A stretch of 64,000 nt of DNA, from NCBI GenBank assembly GCA_002811645.1, contig PDIP01000002.1, positions 184,062 to 248,061 of the forward strand, read 5' to 3'. Source of the DNA: Corallochytrium limacisporum Hawaii (lineage: Eukaryota > Protista > Pluriformea). A program made the translations under genes and the position numbers. This document shows positions 1-11,000 of the stretch, piece by piece; within the stretch, counting starts at the first letter, position 1; every line of letters begins with the position of its first letter. The notes below the pieces were generated by a model. It saw nothing but the letters and a program-made list of their open reading frames with translations, was not told the origin of the DNA and ran no database searches.

Positions 1-1716
1 AAGACGGAAAAGTTTTGAAATTTTCGTTGCCGTGTAGCGCGAGACCCAAAGCGCGGTGTTGCAGCCTGAGCCTCTGGGAGAGACCCACCTGATTATTGGT
101 AGACAAGTACAACACGTAAGGTAGAAAGACGGTGCAGGGAGGACAAACGGGATGGATAAGGGGGGCTGGATCGAAATCAGAAACTTGGTTTTCTGTTACC
201 GTTATGTCTGAACTTAAGGCCATTGCTGGCATAACGGTGCCGGAGAAGGCCCCCCCCCCCCCCCCCCCGGGGGAAGGGGGTTTGGTTGTGACGGCTGGGC
301 TGTGACCCACTGACCGATTTGCCTTGCCCTTTTTTCTTCAAGCCCGGTGCATCAAAACCGTACTAATGGATTACTATCTCTGCCCGCCCCCCCCCCCTAA
401 AAAAGAAAGAGAAGGTGAGCAAGGAGAGCAGCAAAATAGGTAAAGGAAATGAATCAGCCACCGGAGCCCAAAAAAAAACACCATAGCGAATGTACGGTCC
501 CCAAGCCCCTATTCGGAGAACGACGTCCCGTTTTAGACAATCAAATTACCCGCATAACGATTATTAAGAAATTAGCGAGCTTCCGGAGGGGGTTTCGCGG
601 TCCCCTGGCCTTCCAATTCATCCAAAGGTGCGCCAACCCCCCGAGGGGTGGGGGGGGGAGGGGGCCACCCCTGAACCGGTCCATGTTTTGTTCGTGTGTG
701 TGTCGGTTTTGCTCCTTTGCGATGTCCGCATACGGGAAAGGGACAGTTTAAGGGGACTGATCACCCAATCCCGGCAGTGACCCTGTTACTGTGTCAGCAT
801 TCCCAAATTTTAACCGTGTATTGATGGGAGTGAGTTTATATCATTGGGAGCCGTCAACTATGCTTTTTGGTTCAGTGAACTCCCTTTGCCGTCAGCAGAG
901 CAACATTTTTACGTCGAGTTCTTGGTTATCTCTCATATGTCAAAGAGGCAGGAGAAAATGACGAATGATTGGAAAATCGGAGGCAAATCATATCTCGAAC
1001 CCAGCGGAAGGGAGCGGTTGGGATTTCAAAAAATCTAATGCATACACACAGACACACGCACAACTATAACTACTCTGGTTTCCCAATGCTTTTACTGGCC
1101 TTGCAGTTGACGAGTTCGGGGATTTGTGTGGTCCAGAATTCATTCGAGTAGAAAAATTGCAATCCTAATCAATTGAGGACAATGTTCGTATTGGGAAAGC
1201 ATTTTGCTGCGGCGCTGTGCTGTCAAGCAGGATCTATCAGGGGTCGGATACTGTGGACGCGACCATGCCACTGAATGTCCCAATCGAACGGAGTGTTTGT
1301 AGCGGGATTGTTGTGGACAAGTCGTATAAATCCTGAGACCGACGAATTGGACTGTGTAGCTGTGTCACGTTCCCGTCCGGACGGCGACTTCAAGAGTGCC
1401 AGCCATCACAGGCTCCCAAATTCCGAGTGTCGAAGGCCAAACGCGCCCAGCATGCCTGCGTTCTTCATACGGATTATTCAATGAGAACCCACTTGAGCGA
1501 GGCTGCGAAGACTTGCGAGTACGTGACTAGCACCACCGGATCCACATCGACCAGGCGGGTTTTCGCACCTGCACGGACCGGTTTCAAATTAATGAGTGTT
1601 TCAGTTTAAATTCTCGCCTGTTTTCGGGATTCGCCGGATTCAAGTCGTTCACTGTCCCTCGCTGAAAATTACAAGAGAGGGGGGAGTTGGGGTGAGAGAT
1701 GATGGGTAAGAAGAAT

Positions 1717-1858
1717 TGGGCGCACAGTTGTGTACCGTACACTCTCCCCCCCCCCCCCTCCTCCCCTTCCCACCGTCCCCACTCTCACTCTCCGGCGAGG
1801 TCGTTCTCCCACCTGCACTCACGCTTTCCCTGCTTTTGCTCCCCTCCTGCCCGCTCTC
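1717..1858. promoter_or_regulatory. ApT-free, C-run-rich island upstream of HMGCL
   Basis: 142 bp with no AT dinucleotide by manual reading; poly-C run; ends ~340 bp before the ATG at 2200. Confidence 0.55.
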
Positions 1859-2199
1859 ATTCTCGCAAAAAGAGAAAGAAAGAGAGAATCCCCTCGCACC
1901 TCCACATCTGACAGCTTTCAGAGGAATTCCCACGGAAAGGGTAGGATACGGCCACAGTACTATTACCACACATGATGACACGTCGAAGCAAACCGGGTAG
2001 GGGAGGTGTGTGCTGCGCAGAGCTGCCGGGCAAGAGTTTTTTGGGTCCTTCGAGATCTGCGTTCCTTGGTGAGTACCTGGGAAATATTAAGCACGTCGGG
2101 CTGGGCCCCGAAGGCAGGTACTTCAACCACAGCAAAGATAGGGTATTACCTCAACCCTGAACGAGACCATGTGACCTCGATCTATCAACGAAGGAAATA

Positions 2200-3213
2200 A
2201 TGTCTGCAAATATTCTGTCCCGCAGGAGCGTGTTGGCCCGTCAGGTTGCGCCGAGCCTTCGTCGCTACCTGTCAATGCCGAGCCATCCACCACCTGCCGC
2301 AACCGCACACATCCCCAACGAAGTTAAGATCGTAGAAGTGGGTCCCCGGGATGGACTTCAGAATGAAAAGACAACAGTACCGACCGAATTGAAGGTGGAG
2401 TTCATCAATGACCTGGCCCGTGCCGGATTACCCGTAGTGGAATCTACCAGTTTTGTTAGTGCCAAGTGGGTGCCACAGATGGGAGATAACAGTGAAGTCA
2501 TGGCCGGGATCAGCCGTGTGCCGGGTATCCGGTACACTGCTTTGACCCCAAATACCAGGGGTATGGAGGGTGCTTTGGAAAGCAATGTTGATGAAGTAGC
2601 GGTTTTCGCTGCGGCTAGTGAAGCCTTCAGTCAGAAGAACATCAACTGCAGCATCAAGGAGAGCATGGAGCGCTTTTCCAAGGTTATGGAGATGGCTGAG
2701 CAGAACAATAAGCCAGTGCGCGGGTACGTAAGCTGCGTGGTGGGTTGCCCATACGAGGGAAAAATTGACCCCAAGCAGGCGGCGCTTGTCAGTAAGGATT
2801 TGTACGACATGGGATGCTATGAGATCAGTTTGGGTGACACCATCGGTGTAGGTACACCTGGTGAGTTCAAGACACTGCTTGAAGAGGTCTACAAAGTGAT
2901 CCCCGTGAACGCTGTCGCGGCCCACTGCCATGACACCTACGGCCAGGCTCTGGCAAACATCTATGCTTCACTGGAGATGGGATGCTCCGTTGTCGATTCC
3001 AGCGCTGCTGGATTGGGCGGATGTCCGTACGCAAAGGGTGCAACGGGTAACGTGGCCACTGAGGATGTTGTGTACATGCTCCACGGCCTGGGTGTCACGA
3101 CTGGGGTTGACCTGGACAAGGTGATTGATGCCGGACAAAAAATTAGCGACTTCCTGAAGCGACCAAACGGATCTCGTGTAGCCAAGGCCATGCTGAACAA
3201 ACGCGCAAAGTGA
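2200..3213 (+). CDS. HMGCL: Hydroxymethylglutaryl-CoA lyase, mitochondrial
   Basis: 337 aa ORF; motifs [58 protein letters not shown]; Arg/Ser-rich N-terminal presequence. Confidence 0.97.
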   Translation: MSANILSRRSVLARQVAPSLRRYLSMPSHPPPAATAHIPNEVKIVEVGPRDGLQNEKTTVPTELKVEFINDLARAGLPVVESTSFVSAKWVPQMGDNSEVMAGISRVPGIRYTALTPNTRGMEGALESNVDEVAVFAAASEAFSQKNINCSIKESMERFSKVMEMAEQNNKPVRGYVSCVVGCPYEGKIDPKQAALVSKDLYDMGCYEISLGDTIGVGTPGEFKTLLEEVYKVIPVNAVAAHCHDTYGQALANIYASLEMGCSVVDSSAAGLGGCPYAKGATGNVATEDVVYMLHGLGVTTGVDLDKVIDAGQKISDFLKRPNGSRVAKAMLNKRAK

Positions 3214-3359
3214 ATATGTTATAGTAATGTAGAATGTCAATGGATAGATGTTTATAGAAGTTTATTCTATTTGCAAGCCTGAAATCATGGATTCTTAGCT
3301 TTGTCATTGTCAGGACTCTGTGCCTTCTTCATGTCAATCAAACTGCGACCAGTCTTGCT

Positions 3360-5067
3360 ATAGACCAGAAGACTAGTACGCAGCAGCTCGAACTTGTTCT
3401 CACCTTCGATGTTGGCGCCATTAAGCGCCAGTAAGCGGTACACAGTCACCAAAACCGTGTCATCACCGACTAGCAGATTGCCACCGCATGGGAGATGCTG
3501 ACACTGTTGACAGACTTGTCTACCAATGCGAAGCCGAAAATAGATTCTTCATCACAGCAAGATCCATTCGAGACTGACGGAGACGGCTCCTCCTCGGCTT
3601 CACGTCAGTCAAGTGGGCCGCACAGCCTTGTATGCACTTGGTAACATGTTCCTCACCCTGGGCAGATCCATGGAAACCGATCTTGAACACACTGCTCATA
3701 CGCTAGTCAAGAAGGCACAGAAGAGCAACACGTTCATCCAAGAAGGATGCTTCAGATGCCTTTATCATCTTAGCCAAGGCATAAGTCCTTCAAAGGCATA
3801 AAGCGTCATGTGCACAGGTCTCCAAAGCAAGAGCGTACAGGCACGAAAGCTAACCGCAGAAATTGCTGTCAACCTGATTGAACAAATGGGTCCAAGGTCT
3901 CTACAGGGGCAGTATGGTGACCGCACAGTCACTCTTGTCTCTCTTTTGGCCCATGATGCTAGCGTAGAGGTCCAACACAATGGTAAGAAAGCCGTCACAG
4001 CACTCACGACTACGTCCCAGGCAGCTGAGCATCTGTCCAAGCTCTCGCGCAAGGCTCTGCCAGAAAAGAAAGTCAAGTCCTTCCAGGCATTCATTGAATG
4101 TGTCGCGCTGAAGGGTGTAGGTGAACGTCCCAGTGACAATCCTGCAGCCTTGCGGGCCTCGTCGAGTGCGCGCTCACGAAGTCGTAAACCTTCCAGTCGC
4201 CGATTTCGTGACATGAGTCCGAGTGTCAGCAGCTCCGAAGGGACTAATATGGAATGCGACACGCCGAATGAGTCTGACCACACCAGAAGCTCGACAGCAT
4301 CACCAGAGAGATTGTCGTCCTTCCGTGCCCGCAGATCGTCAAGTAGCGTTGTATCATCGGGTGATCGACCTTCTGGTTTGCGGCAAGATGCAAAGGATCA
4401 ATTGTCAAACATTGCGATTAACTTACAAGCTTCGGATTTCCGCCAGCGGACTGACGCTACAGTGGATCTTGAAGTTTTCATTGACCAACACGCTCAGGAA
4501 TTGGGATCTGGCAATATCCGCGACATCACAGACGCTTTCTGCGCGCGTCTTAGTGACCAAAACACGAAAGTGAGCCAGCAGGCCCTACAGGCTCTGATCC
4601 ATATGGTGCCCACGCTTGGTGACCAAGTGGACCCGGTGATGGCCACGATGGTGCCCGCTGTGGCCAACGACTTTGCAAGTGCAAGTTATCAAATCAAACA
4701 ACTTGCTGGTGATGCCATGGATCTCTTTTCTGTCCACACATCACCTGTGCCTTTCATGAGTGCTCTGGTGTCCACGGCACAGAATGGTAATCTCCGTGTG
4801 CGACCTGTGGCAGTCCATCGCATTGCAGATGCAGTGAAGGACATCCCAAAACAGTTCTATCTTGCCAAGGCGGTCATCCCGTCGGCTTTCAAGCTCTTGC
4901 ATGATTCTCAAAACGAAGTGAAGATTGCAAAGGCTGCTCTGATCAGGTCACTCTACTCACGGATGGAGGATGCCCTCTTTGAGGCCACTGGTAGTCACTG
5001 CGAAGATGTCAATAAGATACTGCAGACAACTGTCGACCGGGGCGCCGTAAGACCGACTTCTGGTTAA
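3360..5067 (+). pseudogene. TOGARAM1: Crescerin/TOGARAM1 (FAM179B)-like TOG-array gene; 5' part disrupted, 3' ORF (3808-5067, 419 aa) still open
   Basis: One frame reads VSQVGRTALYALGNMFLTLGRSMETDLE..KKAQKSNTFIQE..SPSKA*(TAA 3799-3801)SVMCTG..LAHDASVEVQHNGKK..KGVGERPSDNP..LQASDFRQR..DAFCARLSDQNTKVSQQALQAL. This matches recalled TOGARAM TOG3/TOG4 motifs (LRSQVSRAA, SNTFIRED, KGLGEIPLD, DAFKSRLHDSNSKV). A stop-interrupted TOG2-like remnant lies in another frame at ~3360-3540. Confidence 0.75.
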
Positions 5068-5137
5068 AACCACGGTTCTTCTCAACTACATTGCCTCTAG
5101 GTATTACATGTATGAATTTCTTTTGTAAATCATTGTT

Positions 5138-6520
5138 TCAGAAGCCGCTGTATGACGCGTTCAAGGTCGAACTCGGTATGTGTTGACTCCTGAAGTAGGC
5201 CCAGTCACAGCGACCTTTCACGGTTGTCAAGGCGGCTTCTCGCTCGCCAATATTTTGAGCTCCGTGCGCCTTTTGCGGGATCAATGACTTACAGTAATCT
5301 GCTCGCGATATGGCACAGTCCTCGATGCCCAAGCAAGTTCCGTAGACACTGGCTCCGAACCATGAAAGAGTGGCAGGTGCACAAGGCAAAGAGTCAAAAA
5401 CCTGCAGACTCTTGCCGATGTCGCCAAATTTCGCTACAACCTTCGCTTCAATTTGTGCCATGCACGCGTTCCTGAAACCAGGAAGCTGAGAAACCCCACC
5501 ACTGAAAACGATCGTTTGGATCAGCTGGCCACAGCTGCCCTTTCCCGCAGCCTTCAAACTCTCCGCCGCTGCTTCACTTATGGTGATACCATCAGCTGCG
5601 CCGGAACAGAGAATTTCGCGCTGCAGCTGAGCCAGGACAGACCAAGGAATGCGCACCTTGGTCAGAAGCTTCCCTTCGCAGAGTATGCCCGGCCGCACAG
5701 CCACCTCAAATGGTCCCTGAGGTTCCTCACCGTTTTCTGCATCGCACCAAATCATACGGGAAATAACCTCCATACAAAGTTCTCTTGCCACAGGTATTGT
5801 CTTCAGGGCGTACCAAGTCTCTCCATGCTCCCGGAACATGCCCTCTCCAGTTTCTTCCAGGGCAGCCCTTGTGTTCTCGACGATCGTCCTCATGGAGCCT
5901 ACCGTAGCGAGACGGAGTGCTTTGACATCGGCAAGGCCTCCTCCTCTTACTGGACACACCGTCACATCATTTTCGCCGACGTCTACATGCAAGAAGCCAT
6001 TGGGCAACGATAGTGGCTCCAGTGCCAGTGCAGCTGCAATAGGAGATGTTAATACCTCAAGACCGTCACATACGCCAAGGCCACTCCCGCTCAGCAAGTG
6101 CTGCATAAGGATCATCTTTCCCATTACCGGTATGGTCATCCTCTCCACCAAAACCAGAGCCCTTCGCGATGACCTTGCTGCAGATGCTGATGTGTTTTTT
6201 GGCTCTGTCAGGAGATCCGACGTGTTTCTCTTCTGTGCAGCTAGGTCACACATTACGCGAAGCTGAGCTGCGAGGATGCGAGCCGCAGCGTGACACTTCG
6301 CCTCCAACATAGTATCATTGTCGTCCAGGCCGACTTCTGCTAAATTGACTGTCACAGACTTCATAGGAAAGCCATCCCCGTCATCTGTCCATCCCTCGGG
6401 CAAATGAATGCTGGCTGGGATGGTGCTCCGAGGGTGCAGCTCGCCGGCAAAACCCAATCGGATCAGACTTGACCCCAGGTCCATCACTATTGTGGCAGTG
6501 ACGTCCCGGAACAGAGACAT
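5138..6520 (-). CDS. ACTR10: Actin-related protein 10 (dynactin Arp11/ACTR10)
   Basis: 460 aa; actin-fold motifs IVMDLGSSLIRLGFAGELHPRSTIP, IVFSGGVSQLPGF, LSWFGASVYG; C-terminal DW as in ACTR10. Confidence 0.75.
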   Translation of the reverse strand: MSLFRDVTATIVMDLGSSLIRLGFAGELHPRSTIPASIHLPEGWTDDGDGFPMKSVTVNLAEVGLDDNDTMLEAKCHAAARILAAQLRVMCDLAAQKRNTSDLLTEPKNTSASAARSSRRALVLVERMTIPVMGKMILMQHLLSGSGLGVCDGLEVLTSPIAAALALEPLSLPNGFLHVDVGENDVTVCPVRGGGLADVKALRLATVGSMRTIVENTRAALEETGEGMFREHGETWYALKTIPVARELCMEVISRMIWCDAENGEEPQGPFEVAVRPGILCEGKLLTKVRIPWSVLAQLQREILCSGAADGITISEAAAESLKAAGKGSCGQLIQTIVFSGGVSQLPGFRNACMAQIEAKVVAKFGDIGKSLQVFDSLPCAPATLSWFGASVYGTCLGIEDCAISRADYCKSLIPQKAHGAQNIGEREAALTTVKGRCDWAYFRSQHIPSSTLNASYSGF

Positions 6521-7003
6521 TCTTCTTGGTTGCTCAGTATTTCCTAGTAAACATCTCTATTGTTTATGGTCCCTCTCCTCCTGCTCTCTCCGATGTAGAA
6601 AATGTAGACGATCCACACGAGTAGCACAGATCCCAGTGCCACTTGCATCAAAAAGCAGGTCCTTTCGGATACTCCCTGGTTCCTACGCCGGGCCATTACA
6701 CATCACAGAGTCACAACCCTGACGAGTATAGCACCTCTGAGCAAACTACCAAAAAGACGAGCAGTTCTGCAACGCACCATGCAATCTCCGGAAGTACCAC
6801 CACCAGCCGCAATCGCACAAAAGCCGGGAGGGGCGGTCCGGTCCGAACACGTTCATTGAGCGCGGCATCAACACAACACAAAATCCCAACCCCCTCCCCC
6901 CTCTCTTTCCCCGCTGGGCCATTGGACACAAAATCCGCTCGTGTGTTATAAACTGGGCCCTTAATGGATCGGTTTCGTTACGGTCTGGGGGGAACAGTGA
7001 AAT

Positions 7004-7106
7004 CAAAAACTAAAGGCAAAGAGAACGAACCCCGCGGGGGGGGGGGGGACCGAAAGAGCGCGAAACTGTTCGGCACGGGGGTCCACAAAGTGGACCCCCC
7101 TGCGGG
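7004..7106. promoter_or_regulatory. ApT-free G-run island upstream of ACTR10, containing a 10-bp-stem hairpin
   Basis: No AT dinucleotide over ~100 bp; GGGGGTCCAC-AAA-GTGGACCCCC at 7077-7099. Confidence 0.5.
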
Positions 7107-7851
7107 ATTCTCCGAATGACGATCAGGCGCGAGACCATTTTTGTGTGTGCAAGAGCCCGGCCATGTTCTAACCGACTCATCTGTTGCGCTACCTAAGAGC
7201 ATGATTCCGAAGAGATTATCCACTTGCACTTGCCCTTTTCTGGCGCGGCTCAAGCCAAGGCATATGGAAATGAAGATGCTTGCCATCGTGTCCAACCATC
7301 CGACATACACTACCTAATGGGTTGTACCCACAGGAATGATCAACCACTGTGAGAGAAGCAAGACCGGGGGTCATTGGAAGGGTCATGCAAAGATGCGTTG
7401 CTTGGACCGGCAGGTCGCCTCGCCGGTTGCCAATTTGTAACACTGTGCTCGTCCTCTATGTTCGTTGTCCCATTGCGGAGGGTAGGTAAAGGGGCTTCTC
7501 CACAATTACTAAAGCGTCGCTCCGTGATTCTCATGTGAGGCCTTAGAGGATCCGTTGGTGCAGGACTACCTTCCGTCGAGCGCACAATGTCCTAATGCTG
7601 ACCTACAAGGATACACGGATTTCCCAATTTCGCGCTTCGGGTTCCGATGAGGAGAGCACTCTGTAGGGTCCTCCAAGAAAGCGGACGTTTTTGCGGTCAA
7701 TGGGCCCGTTCTCAAAGCTCCCTTTGTTCCTCCCTCCCCCCCCTTCAGTATCCCCATCGAGGACTCCTCCCTCCACATCAGGTTCCATTTCCTTTGGGTT
7801 TGTCGATCGTTCGTTTTCTTCGTTCCTCTGTTTTCTTCCCCCCCCCCCCCC

Positions 7852-8009
7852 NNNNNNNNNNNNNNNNNNNNNNNNNNNNNNNNNNNNNNNNNNNNNNNNN
7901 NNNNNNNNNNNNNNNNNNNNNNNNNNNNNNNNNNNNNNNNNNNNNNNNNNNNNNNNNNNNNNNNNNNNNNNNNNNNNNNNNNNNNNNNNNNNNNNNNNNN
8001 NNNNNNNNN
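7852..8009. other. Assembly gap (N), probably a false or overlap gap
   Basis: N run; the same ~28-mer TCTTCGTTCCTCTGTTTTCTTCCCCCCC lies on both sides (7817-, 8010-). Confidence 0.85.
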
Positions 8010-11000
8010 TCTTCGTTCCTCTGTTTTCTTCCCCCCCACCCCCCTCCCGTTCGTTACTCCGATACCCCTCGGTTGTACGGACACTGAACGGCTCGCTCTT
8101 TTATCCCGGAAGGGAGGGTCCTTGCCGAGGCAGGGCACTCAGGCACCACCAGCGAGGGTGTCTCTTGGAGAGACGTGTGCGGGAAAGTGAGGGGGAAAGC
8201 GTACCCCCCTTTTCGTCTCGGGAACTATCGTAGTTGCCCGCTGTCGTCAGCTGCCTGCTTTGCGTAAATCTAGCCTTCTTCGGAAACCAAAGGGGGAGAG
8301 AAGGAAAGAAGAAGGACACGAAGGAAACGCAATCGACAGGTAAAGAAGAGAAATCAAGAAATTAAGAAAATGACCCGGCGGAAGCGACGTGAGGACATTA
8401 GATCGAAAGCACAGGTACGGGTGAAGAACAGAACCCTACACATGCAAGCTGAACTTCAAGTGATTGAGGGTGCCCGAGAGCTCCTGGGTGCCTCTCTTCG
8501 TTTCTTCACAGGCAAGTAACAAATGGAGCAGATGGATTTCGTTTAGAGATGAAGGATGCCCTCCCTAATCGGTAGTTGTGCATTGCTTCCGACGAGATGA
8601 GTCCTTTCTGTGCCCTGTACGTCTTAAGTTACTATAGAGTTATAGTTTGAACAGAGGGCTCCAATCTAGTGAGGAGATGGTGCCTCCACCAATTTTACAT
8701 ACGATGTACGATTTCCAGGGCTGAGTCCTGATCAAGATGTCTGCCAACTCGCAGAACCAAAATGGTACGACCTGGAAGAGAAGCAATCATTCTCTTTAGC
8801 AAGATAAGGGGGAAGCCATACAAAGTATACCATGGTTCCCATGATAGCATCTTACATGGGTCAATTCTTGGAGGATCTGTGGAGACGATCGCTCGGTTCA
8901 GCAAATGAAACTTCTACGATGGTTCGGAACTTGGTTGAGCATAGCAGCCAAGGGATTGTCTGCCTGCTTCACGGTGTTCATCTTCTCCACCGATGAATGG
9001 GCAGGGTGCGGGGGAGGGGCCATGCTACGACCATCATACCCGAAAATTGTCCGTATTCGGTGAAACGGGTCATGCCTGCTCCACTTTATTCTAATTCATG
9101 ATGTTACATGCAAGACTCATTCAAGGCGTTTCAAACTGACGGAGGATCATCGAGGTTGGTCAATAGGACCCCTTCATTTAGTTTTGTTCCACACCCACGT
9201 ATTCTCCACCTCCTCCCGATTTTCGCTTGCTTCCTATCCTTGCGCTCGCTTCGTCGTTTGCGCGTCAAGAAGTATGAGAGGAGAATCGCCATGAAGAAGA
9301 GAAACAGGGTTTGAAAAGGGCAGTGATCGGAAATCGGGATACGTTTGCATCTGCCATGCTTGTGTAGCGGGTTTCCAAGCCTAGGAACCACAAATTGATG
9401 CGCTTATCCTTCCCAGTAGACGTCACGGACGTCCAACCCTTCACCCGGGAAAGAGGAAAGGGGAAGACGTTGGAAAGAGTACTGCAACTTGTAAGGCATT
9501 TGGAGAGCAGGTTCTTCCTCCCTGTTGGGACCTCGCAATTGGTGCACGGTGAAATGATTCTTACAAACATCGGCAGCCACAAGAAAGTGGCCCATGCTCC
9601 ATAGAATGAAGCTATCAAGTATGAAAGAAGCCACGCCAACATATCGAATTAGCCACCGCCCAAATGATGCTGTAGGACCACACTGAGGTTTCGGGGACGA
9701 AGACGGGTGACCATGCGACACCCAAGTGGATCACAAATCCTCGAAATGCTAGGTATGGCCGCGTTGGTCCGTTGCGCGGCTGGCTATGACATGGTTGGGT
9801 TGGGTGATCCGTTACTAAATATTTCACTCGTGCGCGCCTATCTGTTTGTGTCCGCTCCGAAGGGGAAAGGCTGTCACAGTGCGTCAAATTGAACTCCTCC
9901 TCGTGAAGTGGGTGTTTCCACATCTCTTGTTGTTCCTCGCGATCTTCGTTTGAGCCAGCATACATACTACAGACTTGTACGATGCCGGTAAACAACATAC
10001 GATGACTGATACATCTGGTAGAAGAAAACCACAGTGCTATAGATGCGCATCAGAAACGATCAGAAATGGCCGCCTCGGTCTCCCACTACAACTTCTTGAT
10101 CCGCTTCATCGCTATGCTTGGTTTAGCTTTTCGTCCGAAGAAAGTCTATTGATCTTTGGATGTGATCATGAAGGACTCAACAGCCAACTACATGAACATA
10201 AACTATAAGCAGCATCGACCGGATTCGTATTCTCTCAAGACTGCCGGCAACCTATCTCGCAAGCGAGATTGGTAGGAAATGGTACTTGGTCGTCGCAGGA
10301 GCCTGAGTGTATGGAAGTTCCTTCTCAAGAGAAGGGGGCTGTCTTCAATCTCTGGTGCCATATAAGTACGCGCACATCACTTGAAAATGGTAATCGCTTG
10401 TGCACCCATCCATACAGCTAATGAGTGCCTCAGTCAGAAACTGCACCTTATCCAGATTTCAAACCCCCGGTGTGCACGTAAAGGGGTAAGGCTCAAAAAG
10501 TGAATATGTGGAAATGAGGGCGGGTGCGAAGCGGAAAGACCAAAGTGCCTTCCTTTCCCCTCTGTCTCTTAGTGATGATTGAACATGCTAACAATGACCC
10601 GATCTAGAATAGAAGTGAGCGGTGAAGATAATGGGCAACAAAATGGCGCATTGGTGATACGCAACATATGTACAGACTTCCAAAACACTCATACGCACTG
10701 AGTACCTGCTTGCAGGGCATGGGCAGTTGGTCTGTATCAAGGAGTGGATCTCAAAGGAGCAAGGGTAAAGCTCGAGTGAAATTGCAAAGTGGACCCGCAT
10801 AAACTTCCCCCCCCCCCAACCCCCAAACCGCAACTCTCCTTCTCCTCTTTCGTTCTGCCGGACTTTACCAATCGACTCCGGAGCTTGTTTACAGCGGCTG
10901 TCAAAAAATTTTCTCGTTTCTTCCGTTCTTTCTCCTGCCCAGCCTTTGATATTCTCTTTTGGCTTTTTCCGGTGACGGACCCCATATTGAGGCCAGGCAA

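Noticed and set aside
1087-1370. Signal-peptide-like start plus a C/CC/C/C/C/CC/C pattern resembling a hydrophobin
   Set aside because: Needs several frameshifts and stop read-throughs; cannot be distinguished from chance
3799-3801. In-frame TAA in TOGARAM as evidence of stop-codon reassignment
   Set aside because: TAA, TAG and TGA all end intact genes at expected C-termini (RAP1 TAA, RRP12 TAG, HMGCL TGA), and additional upstream lesions indicate decay
9131-9642. DHCPF plus TM segments suggesting a DHHC palmitoyltransferase remnant
   Set aside because: Cys/His spacing does not fit DHHC; at most an unassignable membrane-protein relic
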